From positions 117-64,116 of the IMG/VR virus record IMGVR_UViG_3300016476_000584: a DNA stretch of 64,000 nucleotides; one strand, given 5' to 3'. This DNA comes from a virus. Of the stretch, positions 21,318-31,315 are shown piece by piece. The notes beneath the pieces are model-generated. The model saw only the letters and a list, made by a program, of their open reading frames with translations, did no database searches and was not told the DNA's origin. A program made the translations under genes and the position numbers. Each line of letters opens with the position of its first letter. The first letter of the stretch is position 1.

Positions 21318-21736
21318 TTTGTTTCCATTTCCGATACTCTAGCGCGTAATCCGCTAGAACTAAATCTATGGTCTCTAGTATTAAAGTAGAGACTTATGTC
21401 ACGCTTTTTGCATATATCTTTTCCTGTAAAATCTTTGTCTTTATACTCTTCTCCGAGTATACGAATATTTATAGGAAACAAACTGAGTATATCTTCTAGG
21501 TCTTGTTCTGTCTGATATACTACAATTTCATCTACATATTTAACAGCAGAAAGCTGAACATACCGTTCGACTAGTGTCTGAACAGGTTTATTTTTTGAGG
21601 CTCGGTCCAGAGAAGGATCTACTTGAAGTCCTGCAATCAGCCAATCGCACTGACTCTTTGCTTCTCTTAACATTGAGATATGACCTGCATGCAGCAAGTC
21701 AAAGGTGGAGCAAGTAAACCCTACTATCTTAGACAT
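21314..21736 (-). CDS. cytidylyltransferase (TagD-like)
   Basis: GFTCSTFDLLHAGH (HxGH) nucleotidyltransferase motif; ~140 aa. Confidence 0.55.
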   Translation of the reverse strand: MSKIVGFTCSTFDLLHAGHISMLREAKSQCDWLIAGLQVDPSLDRASKNKPVQTLVERYVQLSAVKYVDEIVVYQTEQDLEDILSLFPINIRILGEEYKDKDFTGKDICKKRDISLYFNTRDHRFSSSGLRARVSEMETK

Positions 21737-21813
21737 AAGTAGTTAGTTTAGTTATTAGTGCTATTAGCCGCCCATCTGCTAGGGCCTGGCTAATCATATT
21801 AATCATTGGCATG

Positions 21814-22461
21814 TTATATACGATAGTCGTCATTAATTAAAAATCCTTTTCTCTTGACGGTTAGAAATCCATTGGCATCATCTTCGGATTCTACGAATTG
21901 ATAGCCTTGCTGTATGTATCTGTATATAATCTCTTCATTGTCTGACCAGACGGGTATGAACTCATCGTACTGAGGGTCTGGAGACTGTCTGAAATGAACC
22001 TCTATCAGCTTTCCGTCTATAAACTCAGCGTTTATATCTTTAACGTCTGACACGCTTTTAAAAGGTTCAGGCAGTTCAATAAGTTTGTTTGTACGCAACC
22101 ACCGTGAAAATCTTATACCGTCTGCACATTTTTCTCCTAGCCAAGAAGACGCAGGAACATGCACGCCGTTATCTAGTCTGTAGTTAACACTAACATGGTC
22201 TCCACTAAAAAGCTCGCACCAAAAATATCCTGGAGGAACTTGTGTATAATCGCCTGCTTCTATGTGTTTTATAGACGCTCCTGCGCTCATACCTGCTAGA
22301 TTGTAGGTTGGCCTTACTATATACTTAGCTGAGACAGTAGGGGCTACACCGCTAGGCCCACATACATAATCTAAATACATAGATAGGTGTAGCTTGTCAA
22401 ACCATCGTCTGTGTTGTGGGTATTGCTCCCACGAGTCAAAGTCTTCCAGTAGTCTTCTCAC
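21814..22461 (-). CDS. hypothetical protein
   Basis: 215-aa ORF in the sugar-nucleotide cluster. Confidence 0.35.
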   Translation of the reverse strand: MRRLLEDFDSWEQYPQHRRWFDKLHLSMYLDYVCGPSGVAPTVSAKYIVRPTYNLAGMSAGASIKHIEAGDYTQVPPGYFWCELFSGDHVSVNYRLDNGVHVPASSWLGEKCADGIRFSRWLRTNKLIELPEPFKSVSDVKDINAEFIDGKLIEVHFRQSPDPQYDEFIPVWSDNEEIIYRYIQQGYQFVESEDDANGFLTVKRKGFLINDDYRI

Positions 22462-22495
22462 TAAAAAGGAGCTGCCCGAAGGCAGCCCCAGTATA

Positions 22496-22852
22496 TTAGA
22501 ACTTTAGAGAAACTTCAACGAATGCTTTTTCGTTTTCAAAGTTGTCGTCTACAGTGACGTAAGCACTAGCAGTTAGTGGCTTTACTTGCGAAGGTGTATA
22601 CACAACACCAAACTCGGAACCAGTAAACTCAGCGGCTTTAGCATCTACATAGAAAGTGCCGTATACGGATACATCAGTAACAGCCTGGAATGATAGTCCA
22701 GTTTCAAAATCAGATGAGAAAACATCGTCAGTTGCGTTGTAAGTAGTAGTCAACTCGGTGTTCCAAGCTAGCTTGTCAGTAAGTTCAACTGCCATTGCAG
22801 AACCAGCGGTCATAGCTAGGATTGCGGAAGTTGCGATAAGTAGTTTATTCAT
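22496..22852 (-). CDS. secreted protein
   Basis: Signal peptide MNKLLIATSAILAMTAGSAMA. Confidence 0.45.
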   Translation of the reverse strand: MNKLLIATSAILAMTAGSAMAVELTDKLAWNTELTTTYNATDDVFSSDFETGLSFQAVTDVSVYGTFYVDAKAAEFTGSEFGVVYTPSQVKPLTASAYVTVDDNFENEKAFVEVSLKF

Positions 22853-22908
22853 TATTTACTCCAATTGGGTTTATTTGGGTTTCTTAGCATTACGCTTTCT
22901 TAATCACA

Positions 22909-23059
22909 ATAGAGTTGTTCTCTACTGAGATGGATAGAGTATCACCGGGAACCCAACCAGTGACGTCTAATACTTCTTGTGGAATTACCATAAGACAGAG
23001 GTCTTCGTCGTCCTCAATGTCTTGGAATATTTCATCCACACTATATGTTCTTGTAATCA
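22909..23059 (-). CDS. small AbrB/MazE-like protein
   Basis: ~49-aa ORF (below the ORF-track cutoff): ...VLDVTGWVPGDTLSISVENNSIVIKK, a swapped-hairpin-like motif. Confidence 0.3.
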
Positions 23060-23261
23060 TCGTATCCTTAATGTATCATACATTGTTTGATAGCAGCAAG
23101 GTCAATCTTAAAATGTTCTGCTATCTCATGAGCAATACCCATACTTTTATCTATGAGATAAAGGTTAAGCTCTTTTTGCTGGTGAACATAAACCGCTAAA
23201 GAGCCGACAAACATTGCATAGCCCATGCGTATTCTCCTAAAAGCGGCCCGTTCTGTTTCTA

Positions 23262-23620
23262 GGTGGAGCCATACCCACTTAAATTAAGCTGCTAGAGCTA
23301 ATTTAACAGGTGCTACGTTGTCGTTTGCACTTATAATTGTCTTGCGGTTATCAGTCGCTTGCTCACTGGCTCCTGGTTTCCTCATGCTCAACATGTCGAA
23401 TCCCTTTCGGCCCCATCAGAGATACACTGTTATCCTTCTATCGCCGACCACGAGCACCGCAGCATTACCTGTAAAGTCGTGACACGTCTAACCAGCGAAC
23501 GTATCTGTAACAGCCATTCCATATAGCCAGCGTACCCGCTATAGGTCTGAGCCAGTGTATCCGTGGTGGAGCCGCCGGTATCGAAACCGGGTCCATGCTG
23601 CATCCGATTTACGTAATCAG
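23262..23620 (-). ncRNA. ssrA: circularly permuted (two-piece) tmRNA gene
   Basis: Minus strand. Acceptor piece GGACCCGGTTTCGATACCGG-CGGCTCC-A-CCA at ~23573-23605. After a ~150-nt intervening hairpin, the coding piece starts GGGGCCGAAAGGGATTCGAC (~23418). Tag ORF GCA AAC GAC AAC GTA GCA CCT GTT AAA TTA GCT CTA GCA GCT TAA encodes ANDNVAPVKLALAA. The GGGGCCG/CGGCUCC acceptor helix has a G3.U70 wobble. Confidence 0.8.
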
Positions 23621-25651
23621 AGCTTAATCTTTGTGTGGTTAGGCATCTAACAGACGATCTTAATGGGTATTGCTTGCGAGTATCTAGCCAGGACTAAAAA
23701 GCTGTGACTAAAACCTATTACTCTCAAAAGACGCAAGCGCAGGGTTTCTGGTTTATGCCTACTACTATAAACCCTTTTTCGTTTCCACACGAGGCAGAAC
23801 ACTTATACTACATGGGCGACCCCAAGTTGGTCGGGCAAGGTCCAAATCTTCTGGTTATCAGCCAGCCGTATTGTCGTAGGTCGTCAAACCTAACAGCCCT
23901 AGTTCATTTCATGAACGGTCAGTTGACGCTAACCTGTTCACTAGCCTGCAATTCTGCCATCTCTGTTTTTGCAGCGAGGCGTTGTTTCTTTAAATCTTGC
24001 AGCAGCGCTTTGTGCTCAGCACTACGATTATGTTCCCGTTCAGCTTCTAGCTGCTCTACTTGAGCATCGAGCTCACGATGGCGTTTGGCTAGCCATTCAA
24101 TTCGAGTCATAAGTTTATCCTTTCTACTGTAATTCTAAACAGAAGAGGATCTCTGTTCCTCATTAACTGCTGGACATCTTTGTCCAAATCCCTAGTATAA
24201 ATCTCAACAACACTACCACCAACTTCGTGTGGTTGATTAGTTTGCGTGTTGATTAACGTTACTCGATACATTATACTATACCCGATTCGGACACAACATG
24301 CAAATTATTTTTTAAATCAAAAATCTGTGCATCGGGCCAAACTTGAAGTAGTTCTTGTGCGCTCTTAATAGAATCGTAGGCCACTGTGACCACACTAGAA
24401 TTGGCATAGTTATCATTACTAGCTTCAAAAACTACATGACGTACTAGTTCACCGTTACGACGAATTGCATATCTGCTCAACCTTTTTCTCCTATATCTGC
24501 ATTAACAATTGCGTTGTGCAGAGTCATATAACCGCAGTCCATACCGCGCATATACATAGACCCATCAAAACCAAATACATCATATAGAATGTATCGGTAA
24601 GTTCCTTGGTCTATGATTTCGCCTTTATAGATGCGCTTTACTACAGCGTAAAACGCATCTTCACGTTCTTGTTCAGTAAGCCCGTTCCACCAAGCATCAT
24701 TCTTGGCCTCATAAGAGGCCTGTTCTTTTTGCTGTTCTTGACCTAGCTCGGCTAGAACGTCTAATAGATTTTTAGTAGACTCGTCCATCATCAATCCCAA
24801 AGCCCTTGATAGTATTTTCCAAATAGTCTAAAGCCATTCTGAATACGAGCAGCATAGGCTTTTTGCCCGTCCCAGTCGATTTTGTAGTCGGAACTCTCAT
24901 CTCTAACCATTTCAGAGGTTCCATCTTCGCTAATCTTCTTAAAACGAAAATTAGGCTCACCGCTTCTAAACTGGTCTTCCCAATCTTGCAGCATTCCTGC
25001 CTTAGTCTCAAAGGCGTGAATCATTTCATCTAGAACCCAATCCCAACGAGCGAAGTGATGCTCATCCGGTGCGTACACATTCTTTTCTTCAGCAGTAAGA
25101 GGGCGAGCTGCCGTGCTACGAAGATGCTCTGGAACATCCTCATCATCTACACTAGGAGCGCCGTGCTTATTTTCCTTAAGCTGTTTGAGCATAGGAAGAA
25201 TGATGTACGCTAGAGTGTTGTCCATAGACCAAGTATCCCAGCGGTCAATACGAACTTTAATCTTACGCTCTTTGAACTTATCCAACCACAGAAGAAAGCG
25301 ATAGAGTAGAGTGTTAGGACGCTCGTCAAGCATATCATACAACTCTCCTACCTCCGGTTCTGGGGCAATGCTTCCATGAGCCAACCACTCACCAAATCTG
25401 TGTACTCGGTCGGCAGTATGTGGAAATCCATACTCATCACGTTCTTTAGGGACCCAGAACATCAACTTTTCTGCAAGTTGATAAGGTCCAAACCAGCTTT
25501 TATAAGGGCCGATATATACTTTCATTTCCCACCTGTTAAGATTGTGTAGACTATGTATACTACACTCATATAAAATCCAGCAAAGATAGCCAGCAAGGCT
25601 ATCGCTACTATTACAGATACAATCATACTCATAAATCAGCCCTTTGTCAAT

Positions 25652-26227
25652 TTAAATCTTAATGTAATCTACTGGGCCACCTACTGTAGTACAAAACTCT
25701 CCTGCTGCACGGATAGAGTTAACTACAGCTTTCTCTGGTGTTGCTTGTACACGGCTGAAAGCAAACAGCGCTCCCATAGCGAACTCTTGACCGCTACCAA
25801 CAGCCGTATAACCACAACGAGGCTCTAGAATTGAGAAATCTTCTTGTACGTGGAACAAACGACCACGAATGGCAACGAGGAAATTACCGCCACTTTTAGT
25901 TCCTTCTTTGGTTTTGGCAAACGAGTGTTCATCAAAACACTTGATTAGTTCTGGAATAAAATCTTTGACCAGATACTGGTTCTCATCTTCGTCGATTTCA
26001 ATAGGTGGCGGTGTGAAATGATAACGAAGAATGTCGCCCATTCGATAAGAAGTGGTGTAACCGATACCAACATTAATCTTAGTTAGACTGAGGTCTTTCT
26101 TCTCAAACACTTCCAAAGTAACTAGCTTTGGAGTGGTGTATACCTGCTTAACACCGTTGCCCGAACCTAGGGAATCAGCTCCAATATACACAGCCTCAGT
26201 AGCAATCAAACCTACAATACAAGTCAC
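25652..26227 (-). CDS. Ntn-hydrolase / HslV-proteasome beta-like protein
   Basis: N-terminus MTCIVGLIATEAVYIGADS...GSG resembles HslV (TTIV...GDGQ). Confidence 0.35.
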   Translation of the reverse strand: MTCIVGLIATEAVYIGADSLGSGNGVKQVYTTPKLVTLEVFEKKDLSLTKINVGIGYTTSYRMGDILRYHFTPPPIEIDEDENQYLVKDFIPELIKCFDEHSFAKTKEGTKSGGNFLVAIRGRLFHVQEDFSILEPRCGYTAVGSGQEFAMGALFAFSRVQATPEKAVVNSIRAAGEFCTTVGGPVDYIKI

Positions 26228-26785
26228 TTAAAATTTTCCTTCTAACTTCTTTACCCACTCAATCACGTATTCGTCGCTCCAGCTGGAGAGATACTTATTG
26301 TCTTGGCGGAATAGTTTTAGCATTTCTTCTTCAGAGACTACAGAAGAGTCTACAATAAGCTCATCCACATGATTTTGTGAGAACTCTTCCAGTTCTTCGC
26401 AAGTAACTAGGTCAGCTAAATGCTCTAGCTTGTCGTCGTCTTTAATCTCTACTACATAACGGTGCTTAAACACTGATACAGTAGTAAAAGTAGCATAACG
26501 TTTTGTCATAGTGCTTCCCATTCTCCGGTTACAGCATTTTTCCTACACACACTAAACTGGTCTTGGACTTTAGATTGATCTGGGTTTTCTACTCGCTCGT
26601 ACCGACCACCAGTCCACTCATCCCAAAAAGCAAAATGGCTTTTAAAGCTATCTTGGTCTCGACACCACTGTGCTGAAGCCTCTGTCCAAGGCCAATAAAA
26701 CTTCGTTTTAGGCTTGATATTCTCGCGCTCCCAAGCTACGTGCCTGCGAGCGCGAGCATATGATTCTGCAAATGTTTCTGTCATG

Positions 26786-27442
26786 TTATAGCTCTACATC
26801 CACATATTCTAAAATACCAATACACTGAAACATGGTACGGCCATATTTGTACTGCACTGAGTGATGCCAATGTCCGAAGTACCATTCATCAGGCTGATGA
26901 AGCTCAAGCAGACGTTGTAGAAAATCGCCAGTACGAGTGTTGTATCGTGGACCTTTTAGCAGTCCGCTCTTCCAGAACATCGCATCAGCAATTTCATGAG
27001 GGCAGTCATGAGTAATCATCACACGAGGCTTAATAGTAGAGTACACGTCAAGCATATGTGCGAACTGCTCGTCAGAACACTCTTCATCTTCCCACCAGTC
27101 ATAGTCTTTTTGACGTTTATACCAGCCTGGAGGGGCATCAGGATTGTCAATAGACCAAGCCCCGCCAATGAACATCACATCATTTTCTACACGACCGTCT
27201 GGAATCCAGCTCTTGAATGTTTTACACACAGCAGGGTTGTCATGATTTCCGCGAATAAAACGACCATTGCTGGCACACATATAACCGTCTACGCTTTCAT
27301 GCCAGTAATCACTCTGACCAAAGCCTACACCAAAATCACCTACTTGAATATGCGGACCTTCAAACTTGTCGATGGCATAAGCCTTATAGTCGTTGAACAG
27401 TCCGTGGATATCCCCGACTAGCCGAGTTAGTTGTTTAGTCAT
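26786..27442 (-). CDS. Ser/Thr protein phosphatase (calcineurin-like metallophosphoesterase)
   Basis: GDIHG, GDFG, RGNHD and GHWH motifs. Confidence 0.6.
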   Translation of the reverse strand: MTKQLTRLVGDIHGLFNDYKAYAIDKFEGPHIQVGDFGVGFGQSDYWHESVDGYMCASNGRFIRGNHDNPAVCKTFKSWIPDGRVENDVMFIGGAWSIDNPDAPPGWYKRQKDYDWWEDEECSDEQFAHMLDVYSTIKPRVMITHDCPHEIADAMFWKSGLLKGPRYNTRTGDFLQRLLELHQPDEWYFGHWHHSVQYKYGRTMFQCIGILEYVDVEL

Positions 27443-27840
27443 AGTAGTATTCTCCGTTGATGGGGTCCGTAATATCTTCTGGATCTACCACTCTATATTT
27501 AACTACTTCTGCAACTGTACCAAACGACTGAGTAATATCATGAGGGTCATCGACCCAATAAACTTCTTCGTCTTCGGTCAGTACTTTGTACACATATTCT
27601 GTCATTCTGCTTTCCTATAGTCAATGACGCTATCGTGTTTGAAACTGCGCCATGCTTCTTTCTCTAAGTCCCACACACAAGCGATACCTTCTGGTCCTTG
27701 TGACCGGCTAAATGTGAGTGAATCAATCAAGTCGCTGCGCTGAGTACACAGCATTTCACGACGAGAACCGTCCTTTTTAGTAAAAGTGACAATAACTCGC
27801 TCAGTTTTAAGTAGGTCTAGTAGACGGTTCATCGGATTCC

Positions 27841-28152
27841 TCAAGTATGTTCTACATGTTTAATGCCTGCTGCAAGAATAGCACTCTCACACACAGTACA
27901 CGGTTTAGCGTTTTTAGGCTTGCCTTGTTTATCAAAACGAGTAACTACGATGCGGTGCGCTCTCTCAAGGTTACGGCAACGAGAGATAGCGTGAATCTCA
28001 GCGTGAAGAAACTGCTTGTCGGGCAACCCAACCTTGCAAGCATGATGATGCTGAAGTGGGTGCGTTTTCACATAGCTATTCTTGCCGATGCTAAGTACAC
28101 GACCCCGCTTATCGTAGATGATGGCGGTCATGTCAAATCTTTGCTTAGACAC
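27841..28152 (-). CDS. cytidine/deoxycytidylate deaminase-family zinc enzyme
   Basis: HAE...PCTVC zinc-binding motifs. Confidence 0.5.
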   Translation of the reverse strand: MSKQRFDMTAIIYDKRGRVLSIGKNSYVKTHPLQHHHACKVGLPDKQFLHAEIHAISRCRNLERAHRIVVTRFDKQGKPKNAKPCTVCESAILAAGIKHVEHT

Positions 28153-28213
28153 AGTTTTCTCCTTGCTTACACACTAATATAGCAGGTAAACAAGCAAACT
28201 AGCAAGCTGATAG

Positions 28214-28738
28214 TTAATCTAGTTCGATACCTAAGTCTACGGATAGAAAATTAGCATACATATCATGGTAGTCTACGCGGTCAAAACCCTCGCTGGCTGT
28301 AGGCAGCCAATAACTGGAAACCATCTTGGCCAGCACTTCTTCTGGGATAGTTTTACCTAGGCGGCTATCAAGCCTGCGTTTCCACTCTGCTTTGTCCTCC
28401 TCAGTAGGCGGAACGATACAAGTACAGATCATCACATAATCTGTATCTTTGAACCGCTCAAGAATACGCTTACGTTTCGACACAGTTAGGTTAGTTTGGT
28501 CCCAGATAATGTCCCGGCGTTCCGCAATAGCTTTAGCCAAGTGAGTATCCATAGACAACGTAGCAGCCTCGATGTTGCCTGCAAACGCCTCGTTATATGT
28601 AACGCCAAAATGTTTGGCAATATCTTCAATGAACTTATCTGTGCTATACACAAACTCATAGCCTGTTGAATAGCAGGCTAGTGTTGATTTGCCAGTACCC
28701 GGCAACCCAACTAGAATATTACAAGTAGGTAGGCTCAT
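28214..28738 (-). CDS. P-loop kinase (polynucleotide-kinase-like)
   Basis: Walker A motif VGLPGTGKST. Confidence 0.45.
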   Translation of the reverse strand: MSLPTCNILVGLPGTGKSTLACYSTGYEFVYSTDKFIEDIAKHFGVTYNEAFAGNIEAATLSMDTHLAKAIAERRDIIWDQTNLTVSKRKRILERFKDTDYVMICTCIVPPTEEDKAEWKRRLDSRLGKTIPEEVLAKMVSSYWLPTASEGFDRVDYHDMYANFLSVDLGIELD

Positions 28739-29159
28739 GCGTTTACAATCTCTGATCTGAAACCATCCATAACGCTCAGCACCTCAGAGCACTGAACGAC
28801 AGCATCTTCGTAGGTTTTACAACCTCTTATGATTTCATGGATATATTCGTCAGTCCAACACTCAACTAGAATATCCCAGCCATCTTCAGTGTAGTGGCAG
28901 GTTGCATGTTGGCGCAGTCGTTCAGTCCAGGTTTTCATCATTTGTCTCCGATCCGCATAATACCTAGGTCAGTTTCACCAGCCCTAAATTCTACTACTAG
29001 TGTAGATGTTTCTGCAGCGTATTCACTGCATATAAATACTTCAGTAGCGTCAGGATATTCCTGAAGTAACGTATGAATTTGATTCAATTCATCTACTGTT
29101 AGAAGCATATTTCATTCCTTTCAAATATACAATACTACAAATGCAAGCTGCCAGCAAGT

Positions 29160-29702
29160 TCAATCTTCGTTGAACCGCTGGCAAAGGTCATTAACATATT
29201 CAAGAGGTGCGTCTCCTACGTCGTGCCAAGGATGTATCTGAACGTGGTCATGAGCATACTTAGCCAGCCGTAACCCTACGCCGTCCCCGTCACAAAGTGC
29301 TACAACCCGTCTACGACTTCTCAACATTCTCAACCAACTTGCAGTAGTCGCGTTTACTTCTGTGCTGAAGACAGCTAGTGCGCTGTACCCTAGCCAAGTA
29401 ACCTTGCACGCATCGAACACTCCTTCACATAGAAACAGAACGTCGCTAAATGACCAACTCTCTAGCCCCCAAACTCCTACTCGGTCTCTAGCCAAACGAG
29501 TAAAGTACCTACCTTCTCGTGGATCGTTCTTAGCTTCTTTAGATGCGTTAGGACGATAGTGCTGGTAGCCTACTAGCTGACCGCTAAGGTTCCACAACGG
29601 GAATGTAGCTACGTCTTCGCCTAGCCAAGCACGATGCAGGTTCATACTAAAAAACCGCTCGTGCAAGTGCACGGCTAGACTGTTCTGGTCCACAAATTCC
29701 AT
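29160..29702 (-). CDS. Toprim-domain protein
   Basis: LCEG...ALCDGDGVG (E...DxD). Confidence 0.35.
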   Translation of the reverse strand: MEFVDQNSLAVHLHERFFSMNLHRAWLGEDVATFPLWNLSGQLVGYQHYRPNASKEAKNDPREGRYFTRLARDRVGVWGLESWSFSDVLFLCEGVFDACKVTWLGYSALAVFSTEVNATTASWLRMLRSRRRVVALCDGDGVGLRLAKYAHDHVQIHPWHDVGDAPLEYVNDLCQRFNED

Positions 29703-30221
29703 GATATTAATTCGCCTTTTTCAAATTCGCAGAGTACAGGCTTATTCAGTAGATCGCTTATTTTACTTATGTCTGCTTGGTTAAGCAGGTGAGCCAAGTA
29801 ACTTATCATAAAAGCTGAGGCATTCACACTACCTTCTTGATAGTGGTGTGGCACTCCAGTAAACGACTCAACTGACCATGCGCTGTCTGCTTGGCCATTA
29901 TGTTGTACCGCCCCCATAGAGACTAACAAGCCCAACTCTGAGTTATACCGACCTCCAAGCGCGATTTCTACTGACGTAATTCTACCTAGTTTGTGCACTC
30001 CACAGCTCCTCCTGAAGCTCATCTAGTTCTTCTAGCATAAGCTCTACTTCATATTCCTGCCCTTCGAGTTGGGCATATTTGATTTCTTGACGAAGAGCTT
30101 CGATGTTCAGTTTGATTTCTTCAACAGTTCGCATATTGATTCTCCTCTTATAAATCAATATAACAAAATTAAAGCAGGCGTGCAAATGAAAAAAGGCAGA
30201 GATTGCTCTCTGCCTAGTCTC

Positions 30222-31184
30222 TTACTTTAAGCTGCTTACTAGCTCTTGGGTAGCCGCCAACTCTGGGTCAGGCACTAGGCCGTAGGCAGCAAGCGCCCCT
30301 TCTGGCCCTGCCATGTCATAACTTACAAAGAACTCTACGTATTCTATTAGACCTGGGATAGTATCTAAGTGCGCGTTCTTTACATAGAAATACAGTGGAC
30401 GGCTGATAGGATAGTCCCCACTGGAAATAGTTTCTACTGTTGGTTCTACTCCATTGATAGTAGATACTTCAAGCGTGTTACGATTGTTCTCGTAAAAACT
30501 CAACCCAAATACTCCAATAGCTGTTGGGTTAGCATCTAAGCGTGCTAGAGTTTCAGTATAGTCGCCGTCAATATCAACAGCAGCGCCGTCCGTTCTAATA
30601 GTGTGACAAGCTTTTTTCTGGTCGTCGTCTAGCTTATCAATCCCAAGCGCTGCTTTACACCCTTCTTCCATAACTTTCACATCGAATACTTCACGAGTGC
30701 CATGCTTAGTTCCTGGAATAAATGCTAGAATCTCTACGTCTGGAAGTGCTGGGTCAACATCGCTCCATGTTTTTGCGGTACTTGATTCGTGTAGAGCGCT
30801 GTACAGCTGTAGAGGTGTTAGGTCGTCAATGTTTAGCCTGTCCACGCTAGATGCAAACACAATTCCATCATATCCTATTCTAACTTCTGTGATTGTTCCT
30901 ATTGAGGCTTCGCACTTAGCCCATTCTTCCTCTTTCATTTTAGAAGAGCTGTTCGCTATGTCTACAGTGCCCTCACCTATACCTTCGCACAGCTTTTTAC
31001 GGCCAGCACCAGAACCGCCACCTTCAACTACAGGGGTTGGGAAATCAAAGTTTTCACCAAACGCCTCAGCAACTATAGTTGCATACGGAAGCACTGTAGA
31101 AGAACCCGTTACTTGTATATTATCTCTTGCAAATGCAGAAGAGGCTACTGCAATAAGTGCAACACTTAGTATTAATGTTTTCAT
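30222..31184 (-). CDS. pstS: phosphate ABC transporter substrate-binding protein PstS
   Basis: Signal peptide plus VTGSSTVLPY...GGGSG...DIANSS..M..EE, the PstS signature. Confidence 0.7.
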   Translation of the reverse strand: MKTLILSVALIAVASSAFARDNIQVTGSSTVLPYATIVAEAFGENFDFPTPVVEGGGSGAGRKKLCEGIGEGTVDIANSSSKMKEEEWAKCEASIGTITEVRIGYDGIVFASSVDRLNIDDLTPLQLYSALHESSTAKTWSDVDPALPDVEILAFIPGTKHGTREVFDVKVMEEGCKAALGIDKLDDDQKKACHTIRTDGAAVDIDGDYTETLARLDANPTAIGVFGLSFYENNRNTLEVSTINGVEPTVETISSGDYPISRPLYFYVKNAHLDTIPGLIEYVEFFVSYDMAGPEGALAAYGLVPDPELAATQELVSSLK

Positions 31185-31315
31185 TTATATCTCCATGATT
31201 TAACAGGCTACTATCAGCCTAATCTTAGTATATAACATTTTTGTTACAGTTTTGTGACAGCCTGCTATTTTTAGAAAAAATAAAAAGGGCAGAGATTGCT
31301 CTCTGCCCTCGCACA

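Noticed and set aside
23262-23620. Standard one-piece tmRNA interpretation
   Set aside because: The CCA-terminated acceptor or T-arm half is encoded upstream of the GGGGCCG 5' half on the same strand. Only ~20 nt with no T-arm follow the tag stop. Only a permuted (two-piece) gene fits.
23704-24063. 119-aa plus-strand ORF
   Set aside because: It is antisense to the co-directional minus-strand block, overlaps the 23919..24110 coiled-coil gene, and has low-complexity translation.
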